64,000 nucleotides of DNA from the human T2T-CHM13v2.0 reference genome, Homo sapiens: NCBI RefSeq assembly GCF_009914755.1, contig NC_060927.1. One strand, 5' to 3'. Below are positions 16,100 through 30,725 of the stretch, one piece after another; position 1 is the first letter of the stretch, and each line of letters begins with the position of its first letter. The translations under genes were made by a program, and so were the position numbers. The notes beneath the pieces are model-generated. The model was not told the origin of the DNA. It saw nothing but the letters and a program-made list of their open reading frames with translations, and searched no databases.

Positions 16100-16516
16100 A
16101 TTATGGGATAAATTGTGTCTCCCCCATCCCCAAATTTCGTTTGTTGAAATCCTAACCCCCAGTACCTCAGAACAGACCTTCTTTGGAGATAGATTCTTTA
16201 CAGAGATAAGTTAAAATGAGGTCATTAGGATTGGGCCTAATCCAATGTGACTGGTGTCCTTATAAGAAGAGGAAATTTGGTCACAGGCATGCATAGAGAA
16301 AAGATGATGTGAAGAGATGCGGGGAGTAGACAGCCATCTACAATCCAAAGGAGAAGCCTGGGGCAGATCTGCCCTCACAGCCTTCAGAAGCAGACAACCC
16401 TCGTGACACTTGGAGCTAGGATTTCTAGCCCCCCAAGCTGTGAGGCCATCCATTTCTATGATTTAAGCCACCCAGTCTGTGGTATTTTGTTGTTACAACC
16501 CTAGCAAACTAATACA
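16100..16516 (+). mobile_element. MLT1 (MLT1A/B-like) MaLR solo LTR
   Basis: gttgaaatcctaacccccagtacctcag...gactggtgtccttataagaagagg...caaactaataca. Confidence 0.85.
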
Positions 16517-16723
16517 GATTCCTTCCCCGTCTTTACCTCTCTTGCAAACCCTCTAAGTTCTCCCAGGTATTACAGGCTATTCCCCTAATGTCTGTTTGAA
16601 TGGGAGAAAGGGATAGGGAGTAAAATTTAAGTTACTACTTCATAATCTAATTCAGCTACACATACATAAGGTTCCGTTTGAACAGAGGACTAGAAGCTAG
16701 AAAGAGTTTTAAAATGACGGTTC

Positions 16724-17032
<309 letters not shown>

Positions 17033-17483
17033 AAAAATGACTGGGTTGATGAGTTGATGAGTGTTATCATTGGGTGATGGGTCTATGGGGGTCAACTGTA
17101 TTATTCTCCCTACTTTTGTATATATTTGAAAATCTCCATTATAAACTGTTAAGAGGGAAAACAAAAGAGTGAGAAAACATCACTTAGACTAGACGACTCA
17201 GGTGTTTCCCACCTCTAGAGTCCATCATGGCATCATCAGTCCCTCTCCTTGTCCCTACCAGCCAGGCTCAGCTGACAGCATCAAGAGCCATCCTCCAGCC
17301 CCCACAACCCCCACTGCCACCAGAGCCCATGGCCTTCCTTCTCCAGCTGGGCTTGGTGCAGAGACGTCCGTATCCCCAGGCAGCCACAGCGGAGCAGAGC
17401 AGGCATGGCAGCCAGACCCCCAAGTACCGAGCAGACTCCCCAGGCAAAACTTGGCTGCCTCTCTGGGTCCTCCTGAATGGTCC

Positions 17484-17525
17484 CTGACCCCAGCTCCTCT
17501 CTCTCTGACCCCAGCTCCTCTCTCT
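17484..17525. repeat. Tandem duplication, 2 x 21 bp
   Basis: ctgaccccagctcctctctct at 17484 and 17505. Confidence 0.9.
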
Positions 17526-17661
17526 CTTCTCAGGAGTCATTTTCCCTGAATCCTGTAATACCATTTAAAATATCAAATCACAACTCCAGTGTTACTAATG
17601 ACCACTCAAATCATTTTTCTGGGACTGCACAGTGGCTCTTGCCCAGGACTTCTCCTCGTTG

Positions 17662-17719
17662 AAAGCTCTTGTTGACCCCCAACAAGGTCAAAAGCTCCTG
17701 TTGACCCCCAACAAGGTCA
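17662..17719. repeat. Tandem duplication, 2 x 29 bp
   Basis: aaagctc(t/c)tgttgacccccaacaaggtca at 17662 and 17691. Confidence 0.9.
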
Positions 17720-17796
17720 GGGCAAAAGAACCCATAGAAATAACAGTATTCGTGGCATTTAAAATGAGTTCCAGATACTATTGGTACGAGAGTCAC

Positions 17797-17846
17797 GGGT
17801 CACATTACTCCTGGCACTGTAAGGGTCACGTTACTCCTGGCACTGT
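17797..17846. repeat. Tandem duplication, period 26 bp
   Basis: gggtcac(a/g)ttactcctggcactgt at 17797 and 17823. Confidence 0.9.
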
Positions 17847-18859
17847 GGTTAAATAGTTACTAAATAGCAGCCCAATCCTTCTCAACTTCCTTATGTCCCA
17901 TTTCAGGGGCTACTCTTTAAATAAATATTCCCTTTTAATTCCTCCTCTAAACTCACTTTTTCCTTTAGAACCAACACTAATGTTGAAATTTCCACTAACA
18001 AAATGAGAAGAGGAAAATGAGCTTTTCATGGGACTGATTTCATAAAATTTAAGAGACTGTCTTTTTTTTTTTTTTTAATGATTATCTTCTGACTTTTTCG
18101 TCTTAAAATATCTTTTCTTTCCTGACACAGTGGTATCAGCGTGTCATGATGTATCAGTCGGAGTTTAATTGCAGGTACAGCAATCACTCTAACTATTTTA
18201 AGCAGAACAGAATTTAACACGGGGATTTAAGACTTTACAACATTATTGGAGGGGCTGGAGGTGCAGACTGAGGCCAGGCTTCTAGGAATGCCTCCCAGCA
18301 TGGTAGGACTGGTCTGTCAAGAGCCGCACCATTGATGCCAGTGTCAGGAATCTCGGGGGTCAGGAAGCCACTGCCCCCATCTGCCAAGTTCAGGACTGCA
18401 TCACCAAAATGGATGCTGCAGAATCTGCCTCTTGACATCCACAAAACTAGAGATGGGGCCTGGGCTCTTTGCCATGTCTGCCCCAGGAAAATCAACCATC
18501 TCACCTCCAAGCTTTCCAGGAGAAACAGTGGAAGCAGCAAAAGCACAGGCTTGGCCACACTGCTGCCTTGCAAATCTCATGCCAGTGCACCTGCCTGGCA
18601 GGGGGCTGGGGTCATGTGTGGACCTGGAGCTGTAAGGCCTGCTGCAGGGGTGCAATGGAGTTGTGTGAACTAATCTGCAAGATCCGCCACTGGTGATAAT
18701 TTGTTTTCCTTGGCAACATTGTGGCTGATCTGCCATATTATATTCATTTGTGAAATGCAAAATCTGAGAGTGGGAGGTATCAATCCTAAGAGAAGCCCCA
18801 TCAAGGACAGAAATTAAACTACCTGTATTCATACCAGAATGTCCAGCACATAGGGAAAG

Positions 18860-20010
<1,151 letters not shown>

Positions 20011-20950
20011 AAACCAAACAACTACTTAGCGTCAATCTTTCTTTCTCTGAGCACCCTCCCACTTACACCAGGCTGATGATCACGATGGTTCCATTTATGG
20101 AGCACCTGCTGTGTGCCAGGCTCTGCTGATTCTCATGACCTCGGGGCAAGGTGGCAGGATGCTTGCCCCATTTTGTGGGTGAGGTGGCCTTCCCACAGCC
20201 CTCCCAATCACATACCCCTGCAGTGCAGCTCACTGCTTCTCCACTGTGCTCGGTCTCTTTTCCTCGTCTGCAGCCTGGGTAAGTGGTCCTTTGCCAAGGA
20301 TGTGGCAGTTCCCTGTCTCCTCCCCTCTGCTGCTGTCCCCGAGATCCAGGTTGGTAATGCTGAGCAGCTGCCACCATCGCCAAGCACCCCAGAGGGCAAC
20401 ATGTTGTTCCTTGATGACAAGCCTCAGGGAGCCATGCAGTCACTGCCGGCCACACGGGGGTGGTCTAGGATTCTGGAACTTGTTCTTCCCCTTGTGCCAG
20501 TCTCTCCTGAGAGAAGTATGGGCGGTGCTTGAGGGATCTGCCAAGCCAGGGCCCACAGGGGCAGGGAGGGAGGGCTTGTACCCAGGACTAGCCCCTTGAG
20601 GTTACCTGCACTGCTGCACCATCTCTGGGGAGAGTAGGTTCAGAGCCTCTGGTTAGTCTAAGCACTTGTACCCCAGATGGCTCATAGAGGACACTCCTGA
20701 TGTCCTTGGGAAGGACCCTTCCCCAAGCTTTGGGAATATTGTGCAGGTGCATGTGTGTGTCTGGTGTGCTCCCTGAAGGCAGGCACTGCCTCATTCTCCC
20801 CTACCCTCAACCTGACACTGGCAGTGCCTGGCATCAGCAGAATGAAAAGAAGTGCCAGGTATGGACAGATGAGATCAAGAAAGACACACTCTCCCTGCCC
20901 TCAAGTAGCTTATAGCATTTGTGATGATAGCAACTGACATTAAGTAATTA

Positions 20951-21614
<664 letters not shown>

Positions 21615-21789
21615 CTTATTTCTTTATAGACATTGTCTCATTGAGGTCTTAAAACAACTCTTTGAGGCAGGTCCTATTGAGTCTCATTTTGCAGACAAGG
21701 GAACTGAGACTTAGAAGTTTAAGGGACCTGTGGAAGGCAGCCTCTGAGAGGGCCCTGGCATCCCACCGCCTTGTATTCATGCTCTCATA

Positions 21790-22205
21790 TAGTCCCCCTC
21801 CAGTCCAGGGTGGACTCTCTCCTACTGAGCAGAACAGGGCAGAGGTAGTGGGATGCTGCTCCTGAGATTGTTACTCAAAGACTGTGGCCTCCATCCTGGG
21901 TGCTTTCCCACTCTCTTGGGTCACTTGCTTCAGGAGAAGCCCTCTGCCGTGTTGCTAGGCAGTCTCATGGCGATACCCTCACGAGTGAGCTTGGACCCCG
22001 TTCCTCTCTTAGTTGAGCCTTAAGGTGGCTGCAGCCTTGGCCTGCATCTTGACTGTTACCTCATGAGAGACCCTGAGCCAGAACCACCCAGCTAAGCTGC
22101 TCTCAGGTCCCTGCCTGACCCACAGAAACTGGGAGATGGTAAGTGGTTGCTTTAAGCAGGCAAACGCTGGGGTAATTTGTTACATAGTAGTAGACAGCTA
22201 ACACA
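21790..22205 (+). mobile_element. MLT1 MaLR LTR fragment
   Basis: catgagagaccctgagccagaaccacccagctaagctgctc...gctttaagc...ggggtaatttgttacatag. Confidence 0.75.
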
Positions 22206-22282
22206 CTTGTCTGTCCTCACAAGGCCTGTCTCTGATCCTGCTGGAATTTGAAGCCAGTTATGTCTGACCTCAGCATCCATGA

Positions 22283-22866
22283 TTTTTTTAAAAAATTGCA
22301 ACTTTTATTATAGATTAAAGGGTACACGTGCAGTTTCGTCACTTGGGTAAACTGCATGATGCTGAGGCTTGGGATCTCAACGATCTCATCACCCAGGCAG
22401 TAAGCATAGTACCCAACAGGTGGTTCTTCAGCCCACATCCGCCTCCTCCCTCCCCTCTCTAGTGATCCCCAATGCTATTGCTTCCATCTTTTTCATGTGT
22501 ATTCGATGTGTAGTTCTCACTTATAAGTGAGAACATGCAGTATTGGTTTTCTATTCTTGCATTAGGTCATTTAGGATAATGGCTTCCAGCTCTATCTATG
22601 TTGCTGCAAAGGACATGATTTCATTCATTTTTATGGCTGCATGGTATTCCATGGTGCATATGTACCACATTGTCATTGTCAATTTACAGTTGATGAGCAC
22701 TTAGCTTGATTCCATGCCTTTGCTATTACGAATGGCGCTACAGTGAGCATACAGGGGAATGTGTCTTTTTGATAGAATGAACTTTTTTCCCTTGGGTGTA
22801 TACCCAGTAGTAGGGCTGATGGGTCGAATGGTGGTTCTATTTTAAGTTCTTTGAGAACTCCAAACT
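22283..22866 (-). mobile_element. L1 3' end (old L1PA/L1PB-type), 5'-truncated
   Basis: cacttataagtgagaacatgcagtatt...gttgctgcaaaggacatgatttcattc. Confidence 0.9.
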
Positions 22867-22877
22867 AGAGTCCATGA

Positions 22878-23183
<306 letters not shown>

Positions 23184-23429
23184 TAACCACTCCCCTATAC
23201 TGCTTCCCCTGCACAGAAGAAACATAGTCAATGCTGCTTGGACTGAATTGAGACTACCCTGAACTGATAAGAAAGCTGAGGGATGCCTAACCCCAGTAGA
23301 TTCTTAACCATTCTGGGCCGCAGTTTTCTCATATGAAAGATGAAAATGATAATAATACCTAATTTCATAGGGTTATTGTGAGGAGTAAACAAGTATATAA
23401 TCATGAAGAAGAAGGTCTTCGAGCAATAA

Positions 23430-23772
<343 letters not shown>

Positions 23773-23931
23773 TAATGTATGCAAACATTAAGTGAAATAA
23801 TACTTGGCTCAAGCTCCTCTGACAATCAGTGTTCACCTTTGCAAAATGGAGATATCAATGTTGTCATTCCTTGCTGTCAGGATTAGATGGACTGGCCCAG
23901 TGCCTGGCAAATACTAGAGGCTTAATAAATG

Positions 23932-24253
<322 letters not shown>

Positions 24254-24282
24254 TGGCATCCACAACATGATATGTCAACAGA

Positions 24283-24430
24283 TTTTTTTTTAATTTTTTA
24301 ATTTTTATTTTTAGAGATGTTGTCCTGCTTTGTTACCCAGGCTGGCCTCTAAATCCCAGCCTCAAGCAATCCTCCCACCTCAGCCTCCCAAAGTGCTGGG
24401 ATTACAGACGTGAGCCACTGCACCCAACCC
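24283..24430 (-). mobile_element. FLAM/left Alu monomer
   Basis: Single reverse monomer. Confidence 0.85.
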
Positions 24431-25849
24431 ATTGACTGATGTTTGAAGGGCGGCACGTGGCAGATGAGTGATCTGTAATAGCTGTTACAGGGCACTGCTA
24501 TGGATCCTGCTCATCGGAGACACCCCATTTCCCTGCCCTGGAGTCTGGGAGCTGGCTGAAGGTGGAGGGCAGGGTGAGGGTGTGGCATGAAGAGCTTGTG
24601 AATCGAGGGACATCTAAGAGGCTTGGCCCTTCCTCTTGGTCCTTGGGAATGTTCTCCTTCAGAGGCCCACAGCAGACCCACTGTGCTGGCTGCTGGCAGG
24701 ACCCTCGACTCTCCAGTGAAGGGATTATGTTAACAGTCCCAAGAAGGAAATTGATTCCATGAAAATCCCCAATCCCTGGGGCTGGGAAACTTAATGAGTC
24801 TCAGCACAAACGAGTCCCCGCCAGTTCTCGTTCCAGTTGGATCTTTCTTGCAATGGCATGGTTTGTGCTTCAAATGTGCTCCAAAAGAAATAAATGAGTA
24901 AATAACACAAAAAAGATGGGCCTTACTCTGCAGCCCTATGTGGAAATGTTTGGGAAATTGTGATGACCATCTTTATTCAAAGATTTGGAGATTTGTGAAA
25001 CATGCTTGTATAACTTCTTTTGCCAACTTCTTGTTGAGTTTTTTTGGCATATTGAAGTATGAAATATCACAAAAGGGAAAACAAAAACACGTAGCCCCCA
25101 AATGACACTGGAACATACTTATTCAAAAAGTTCATCTGCAGAGCACCCCAAACTTTATCATTTTCACTGAGGTGGATGTGGGCTGTGAACTTAAGGATGG
25201 CAAAGGTGAGTTGTAATCTGGCTGGGACAGATCACTTCCCTTCTTGAATTTTTTCATCCACTAAGTATCAGGCTTGGACCTGATCAGTGGTTTTCACACT
25301 GGGTTCCTTGAAGCTCCTGGGGGTGCCCTGAAAGGGCTCCCAACCTGTTACATCCATCAGAACTGTTTCCCTTTCATCAGCCTCACATTTTAGAGATGAG
25401 ATTCTCTAACTGGGAAAAGGGATTTTCCTGCTTAGGAAACAAAGGCTCGAAAGTTTCTTAGATCATCTGTAAGCTCCCGTGAAGTTCTGATACTGTGAGT
25501 CTGCGTTCAAAAGAGGGAAAAGGGATTGAAAATGGGATGCAAAGTATAAAGTCAAACTCAGAAAAGAACTTCCTAACAGCAAACAGCATAAGTCTCTGTC
25601 ACAAGCAACGTGGAAGGAAAGCTGAGGAGTTTTCGTTTGCAGGGCTCTTTGAGGAGAACAGCAGAAGAGTCTGGACGCAGTGAGGAAATTGCCCGTGGCT
25701 GGAGGATTCCATGCTCCTGTGAAATTCCTAAGTGGGCCGAGCAATTCCTAAAAGGGGAAAGGCCTTGCAAGCCACAAGGCAAAGTCTACTTTTCACATTT
25801 CTTTCCTTCCACCTGGACTTACTCCTCCCATATTTCCAACTCGAGCTGT

Positions 25850-26190
25850 GCCCTTGACAAATGTTTGCTGAGTGCCTACTACGTGCCTAACGCGATGCGC
25901 GTGCTCGGGAGACAGCGCTGAACAAGTCAAGAATCGCTGCCTTCTCGGAGCTTCCCTTCTGAGAGGAAATGAGGCAGAACCGGAACTACTAGCCACAGTC
26001 ACTTAGGGATGCCCGTGCCAGGACTCAGAGGGAAAAACATAGAGCAACAGAACATTTCCAGGGGAGTCGGACACAGAGGGCTCCTGGGATAGGCTTCCCG
26101 GAGAGGTGATGTTTGAGAGAAAACCGGAAAGACAGGTGAGAATTAACCAGGGAGAGAGGGAAGGATCCCTGCAGCGAGTGAGGAGCCCTC
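25850..26190. mobile_element. L2 fragment, unusually CpG-rich
   Basis: caaatgtttgctgagtgcctactacgtgcc...ggcttcccggagaggtgatgtttgag. Confidence 0.65.
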
Positions 26191-26741
26191 TCCAATGAAG
26201 GAAGTTATCGGGGCGCCCCAGAGATGGCTTCTCTGATGCACACACATGCTGACCATGCCTTGTGGGTTTAGCTCGTTTACAAGTTCCAGATCAATGAGTT
26301 CACTCCCTTGGTTGTCTCACTATCTGGATTAGCTCCCTCCACCTCCTCTAAACCTGCTGCAGACCTGCCTGGCTTTTCTCTGTGGCTCCCTGCCTCCTCC
26401 TGTCTTCTTATTTTGGCTGGAACCCGAGGAGTCCATTTTCACATGGTTGTCACTGCAGGGACCAGGGACAGGATACAAAGAACCAGAGAGGGTAAGGAAG
26501 GCAGGGGTGAAAAACAAGTGGGTTTCACAGATGAGCAAGCCGCTGGCCCGAGTGGGGGCAGGATGGACCCCATGGGAGTGAACTTGGACACTTGGAGGGG
26601 CTTTGAACTTTGGAGCTTCTCCCACCTTTGGAGCCCAGGACCCCTTCCCCAGCCAAGGGAATGACTCCATCCGAGGCTTTTAGAGGCGCCTCTACAGAGC
26701 GGGCATGTTCATTGGATATTAGCAGGGTTGCTGTGCTGTGA

Positions 26742-27104
<363 letters not shown>

Positions 27105-28194
27105 CAACATAGTTCTTAACAACAGCCACAGTAGCGGCTCTGGCTGAGGAACTGATCCCATTGTGGAGACTGAGCCAGGATCCCACCTACCTTGCCCAGC
27201 TGTGAAAGCAGAGGCGGGCAGTAGGACTTCTATTTTTGGCTGTTTTGTTTTTGTGTTTGTTTTTTGGGTAGTGAAGATTTAGGAAACAGAGATCAGCAGC
27301 ATAATTAAAAGAAGCTAATAACAAAATCAATCTGCCGTGTAATTATATACGTAGCTGCTTTTTGCTGCATGGTAATTAGTCATAAATAATAAACAGCCGA
27401 TAAAAACAAAGGTAGCTGATTTGCCTTTCACACAGCCAGGCCATGGTCACAGCCTTCCTCTTTTTGTCTTCTTAGTGCCCCTAGACTGGCCATGGATCAG
27501 GGCTGAGAGTTTACCTGATGCCAGGGAGCATTCAAGCACACTCAATGCTGACACTCATCTGTCGTGCCTCAGTTGCCCCTATGCCCCAGGCCATTCCTTT
27601 CATCCTCTCATCAACCTCAGAAACTGCCCACATCCCCCCACCGTGGGGGTGTCCTTTGGCTCCATTCAGCTGCCCCTTTATGTCTGCTCTGACCTCAGGC
27701 TGCCTTCCTCCTCCAATGATCAAGCACTCTGTGTGCTCCTCCCCGATGTGCCAGGCTTTGCAGCAGGTGCTGGAGGGACAAAGGTGAAGGATACCAGTTA
27801 GATTATCAGGAGAAAACTGTGAAACATTTGGGTGTATGATGATGAAATATTCTTGCTCTGTGATGTCTCCATACACGTACATATTATTGCTCGTGACCAA
27901 GATATTTTTGTAGGACTCAAAAAGGGTTATTTTAAAAGAGAGAGAGAGAGAGAGATGAATAAGATCCAGTTCTTGATCGAAAGGAGCCAATAGGCTGGGA
28001 GAGGAAACAGCCTCTATACAGCTCATCCCGACGCCCATGCTAGAGGGGCGTCTACAAAGGCCGCGGAAGCAGATGTGCAGGCAGCGCTTTCACTTGGGTG
28101 AGAAGAAAGGGGTTGGGAGACAGCTCAGAGCAAGTTTCATTGAGTTGCATCTTGAAGGGTGAGGAGGAGTTTGGCAGGTGGCAGAGGAATTGTA

Positions 28195-28332
28195 ATAATA
28201 GCTCACATTTATTGAGCACTTATGAGGCACCAGGTGCTGTTCTAAGAACCGTATGTGTGCTGACCTATGTAACCTTTGAAATCACGCGGTAAGGCAGATG
28301 TTATTGTCTTCATTTTTAGAGGAGGAAACAGG
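28195..28332 (+). mobile_element. MIR fragment
   Basis: aatagctcacatttattgagcactta...catttttagaggaggaaaca. Confidence 0.7.
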
Positions 28333-28333
28333 G

Positions 28334-28760
28334 TGTAGTGAGTTGAGTTTTGTTCCCACCAAAAAGATGTGTCTAGGTCCTGACCCCTGGTCCCTGTGAC
28401 TGTGACTTTATTTGGAAATAAGGTCTGCAAATATAATTAAGGATGGAGATCTCATTTTCAGATATTAAGATCTTATCATGAGATTACATACTCATTTCTT
28501 GATGAGATAATTTTGATTTAGGGTAGGCCCTAAATGCAATGACTGGCGTTTCCATGAGAGAGAAGAAAGGAGAGGGGGGATTTAAGGCACAGAGACACAG
28601 GGGTGAATGCCATGTGAAGGGAGGGGCAGACACTGGAGTGAAGCTGCTGGAAGCAAAGGAAACCTGGAGTCTCCAGAGGCTGGAAGTGGCAAGCAAGGGT
28701 TCCCCCTAAAGCCTTCAGGGGTAGCATGGCCCTGCCTGTAGCTTAGTTTCAGAAGCCGTA
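28334..28760 (+). mobile_element. MLT1 (MLT1C-like) LTR
   Basis: gtgactttatttggaaataagg...gccatgtgaag...agaggctggaag. Confidence 0.8.
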
Positions 28761-29230
28761 GAACAAGCTCTCCTCTGGAGAATCATTGTCTTGAATCACT
28801 GTGAATGATCACCATCTCTTTTTCTCCCTCCCCACAACAGAGGTCTTTCAGTTCCATATCAACGAAGGGTAAGGCTACCCCCTTTCCCCAGGGTAAAAAT
28901 CAATGACCCAGTGAACCAGGTCCCAGACTTGCTTTAATGCACTACAAACAAGAACCCTATGAGCTGATGATCCTTTCCCTGAACAGCAGGCTGTTCCCAC
29001 TAGTGTGTGCCTGGGCCACCAGCAACAGTTTGACTTCAAGAGTCACTCAGTAGGGGCAGTCCTAGGGCTAAGGGAGCCCCCTAAGTGGAGAGACAGGAAA
29101 AGGCTGGGCTCCTGCTTTGGGGAGGAGTCTCAGGGCTTTAGGCCAGCAGCAAGCTTGGCTGCCTGTCCTGTCAGGAAGAATAGAGACTCCCTTGCAGGCT
29201 GGTCCACACCTCCAGTGCCACTGGACTATT

Positions 29231-29414
29231 CAGATGGACGGTGCTGGAGCAGGCAGAGCTTTCAGGTGGACAGTGCTGGGGCAGGCAGGGCTTTCAGGTG
29301 GACAGTGCTGGGGCAGGCAGGGCTTTCAGGTGGACAGTGCTGGGGCAGGCAGGGCTTTCAGGTGGACAGTGCTGGGGCAGGCAGGGCTTTCAGGTGGACA
29401 GTGCTGGGGCAGGC
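29231..29414. repeat. 32-bp minisatellite, ~5.75 copies
   Basis: Unit caggtggacagtgctggggcaggcagggcttt: diverged copy at 29231, identical copies at 29263, 29295, 29327, 29359, partial copy at 29391. Confidence 0.97.
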
Positions 29415-30469
29415 CAGGGGGCGGGACTTGGGCAAAGGGCACGTTTCTGCGTCTCCACCATGTTTTTGTGTTTTCGCTTCTTTGTCCTGATTCTCAAGAG
29501 ACGGCTGGGGACTGGCTGTTTTTTTCTAGGGAGGTCAAGTCTTGCGGTAGCAGGAAGGAGACTTGGTGCTCTCATGGGAGGTGAGAGCAGCAGCCAGGAC
29601 CTGGAGAACCTGAGGATGAGGGCGGGCAAGGTTTGGAAGCCTGTGGAAAAGAATCATATCATGTTTCCTGGGCCCCTGAGCGCCTGGGCTTGGGAACTAA
29701 TGGACCACAGGGACACGCAGGTGCAGGTCTAGAAGCCCGTGAGTGTGCTGAGCAGCTCCACCAACCTCTCAGTGGGAATTACCCCCACGGAGGGCCAGCT
29801 GCCCAGCTCAGGGCCTTTGTAGGGCTGAGGAGGACTGGACTCCTGTCAGGGCAGAATGCAAGCGGATTTCCTCCCTTCTTTGCTTAGATTCTCCATCTAC
29901 TGGTCCCTGCCTGGCATGCCTTCCCCTCCCAGGGTAGCTATTACATTTCTGCCAGGGTCTAAGCAAGAAAACAACACGGCTCCATTGTGTCAGGTTCTGA
30001 GAATTCTTTTTGTGAGCGTCAGGTTGGTGTCAGTGTCCCTAGGAGGGGCTGAAGGAGCCCGCCAGTCCCAAGGGAAAGGGACCCAGCCTGCAGGTGCAGA
30101 AGGAGCTGTATCAGGCCCTCAAGGCTAGCACTGAGCAAGACGGCAAAAATGAGGAATAGAGATGCGGGGATTTTATCATTTTGTGGGCACTTGAATGGGT
30201 TGCTTTATGTTTGTGACAACAAAGGGAAGAGGATTTCATTGTTGAGCACTTACTTTCTCTGTGTGATCAAAAGATTGACTTCAAAACGAGAGTTCTATCT
30301 CCAGGTATTTGCCTATTGCGGGTGTTGTTTGGGCTCTGCCATGACGCGGTGCTCATGGGTAACCAGCTTGGGGGCCAGGCTGGGCTGCGGCAGCTGAAGT
30401 GATTCAAGATGGCGAGAGAGGGGCTGAATGCTCAGCACGGGGCACCGTGGTCTGGGAGCTACAGTAAAA

Positions 30470-30725
30470 GCGGTATAATTAGCACAGTCATGAAAGGTGT
30501 AAGTTCTGGAACTCCACAGCCTCCCTTTATAGCCAGGCTCTACCACTCACCTGCTGGGTGATTTTGCGCCAGTTATTTAACCTTTCCTCAACGATTCCTG
30601 TTTCTTCCTCTGTAAAATGGGAGTCTAACAGTGTTGAAATTGTAGAATTATTGGGATAATTTCAGGAGTTAACGCATATGAAAAATATAAACAGTGCTTG
30701 GCACAGTACATGCTGAGCAGTATCA
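30470..30725. mobile_element. MIR
   Basis: ccaggctctaccactcac...tttcttcctctgtaaaatggg...acagtgcttggcacagta. Confidence 0.7.

Noticed and set aside
20091-20100. Isolated CArG boxes (CCATTTATGG here; CCAAATTTGG at 48224-48233)
   Set aside because: Several are expected by chance in 64 kb; the first lies in MIR-like sequence with no supporting motifs.
29005-29732. Three overlapping ~160-aa ORFs, and a CRISPR-like appearance of the 32-bp repeat
   Set aside because: The ORFs are by-products of a stop-free tandem repeat. Units are contiguous with no spacers, no cas genes, and the context is eukaryotic.
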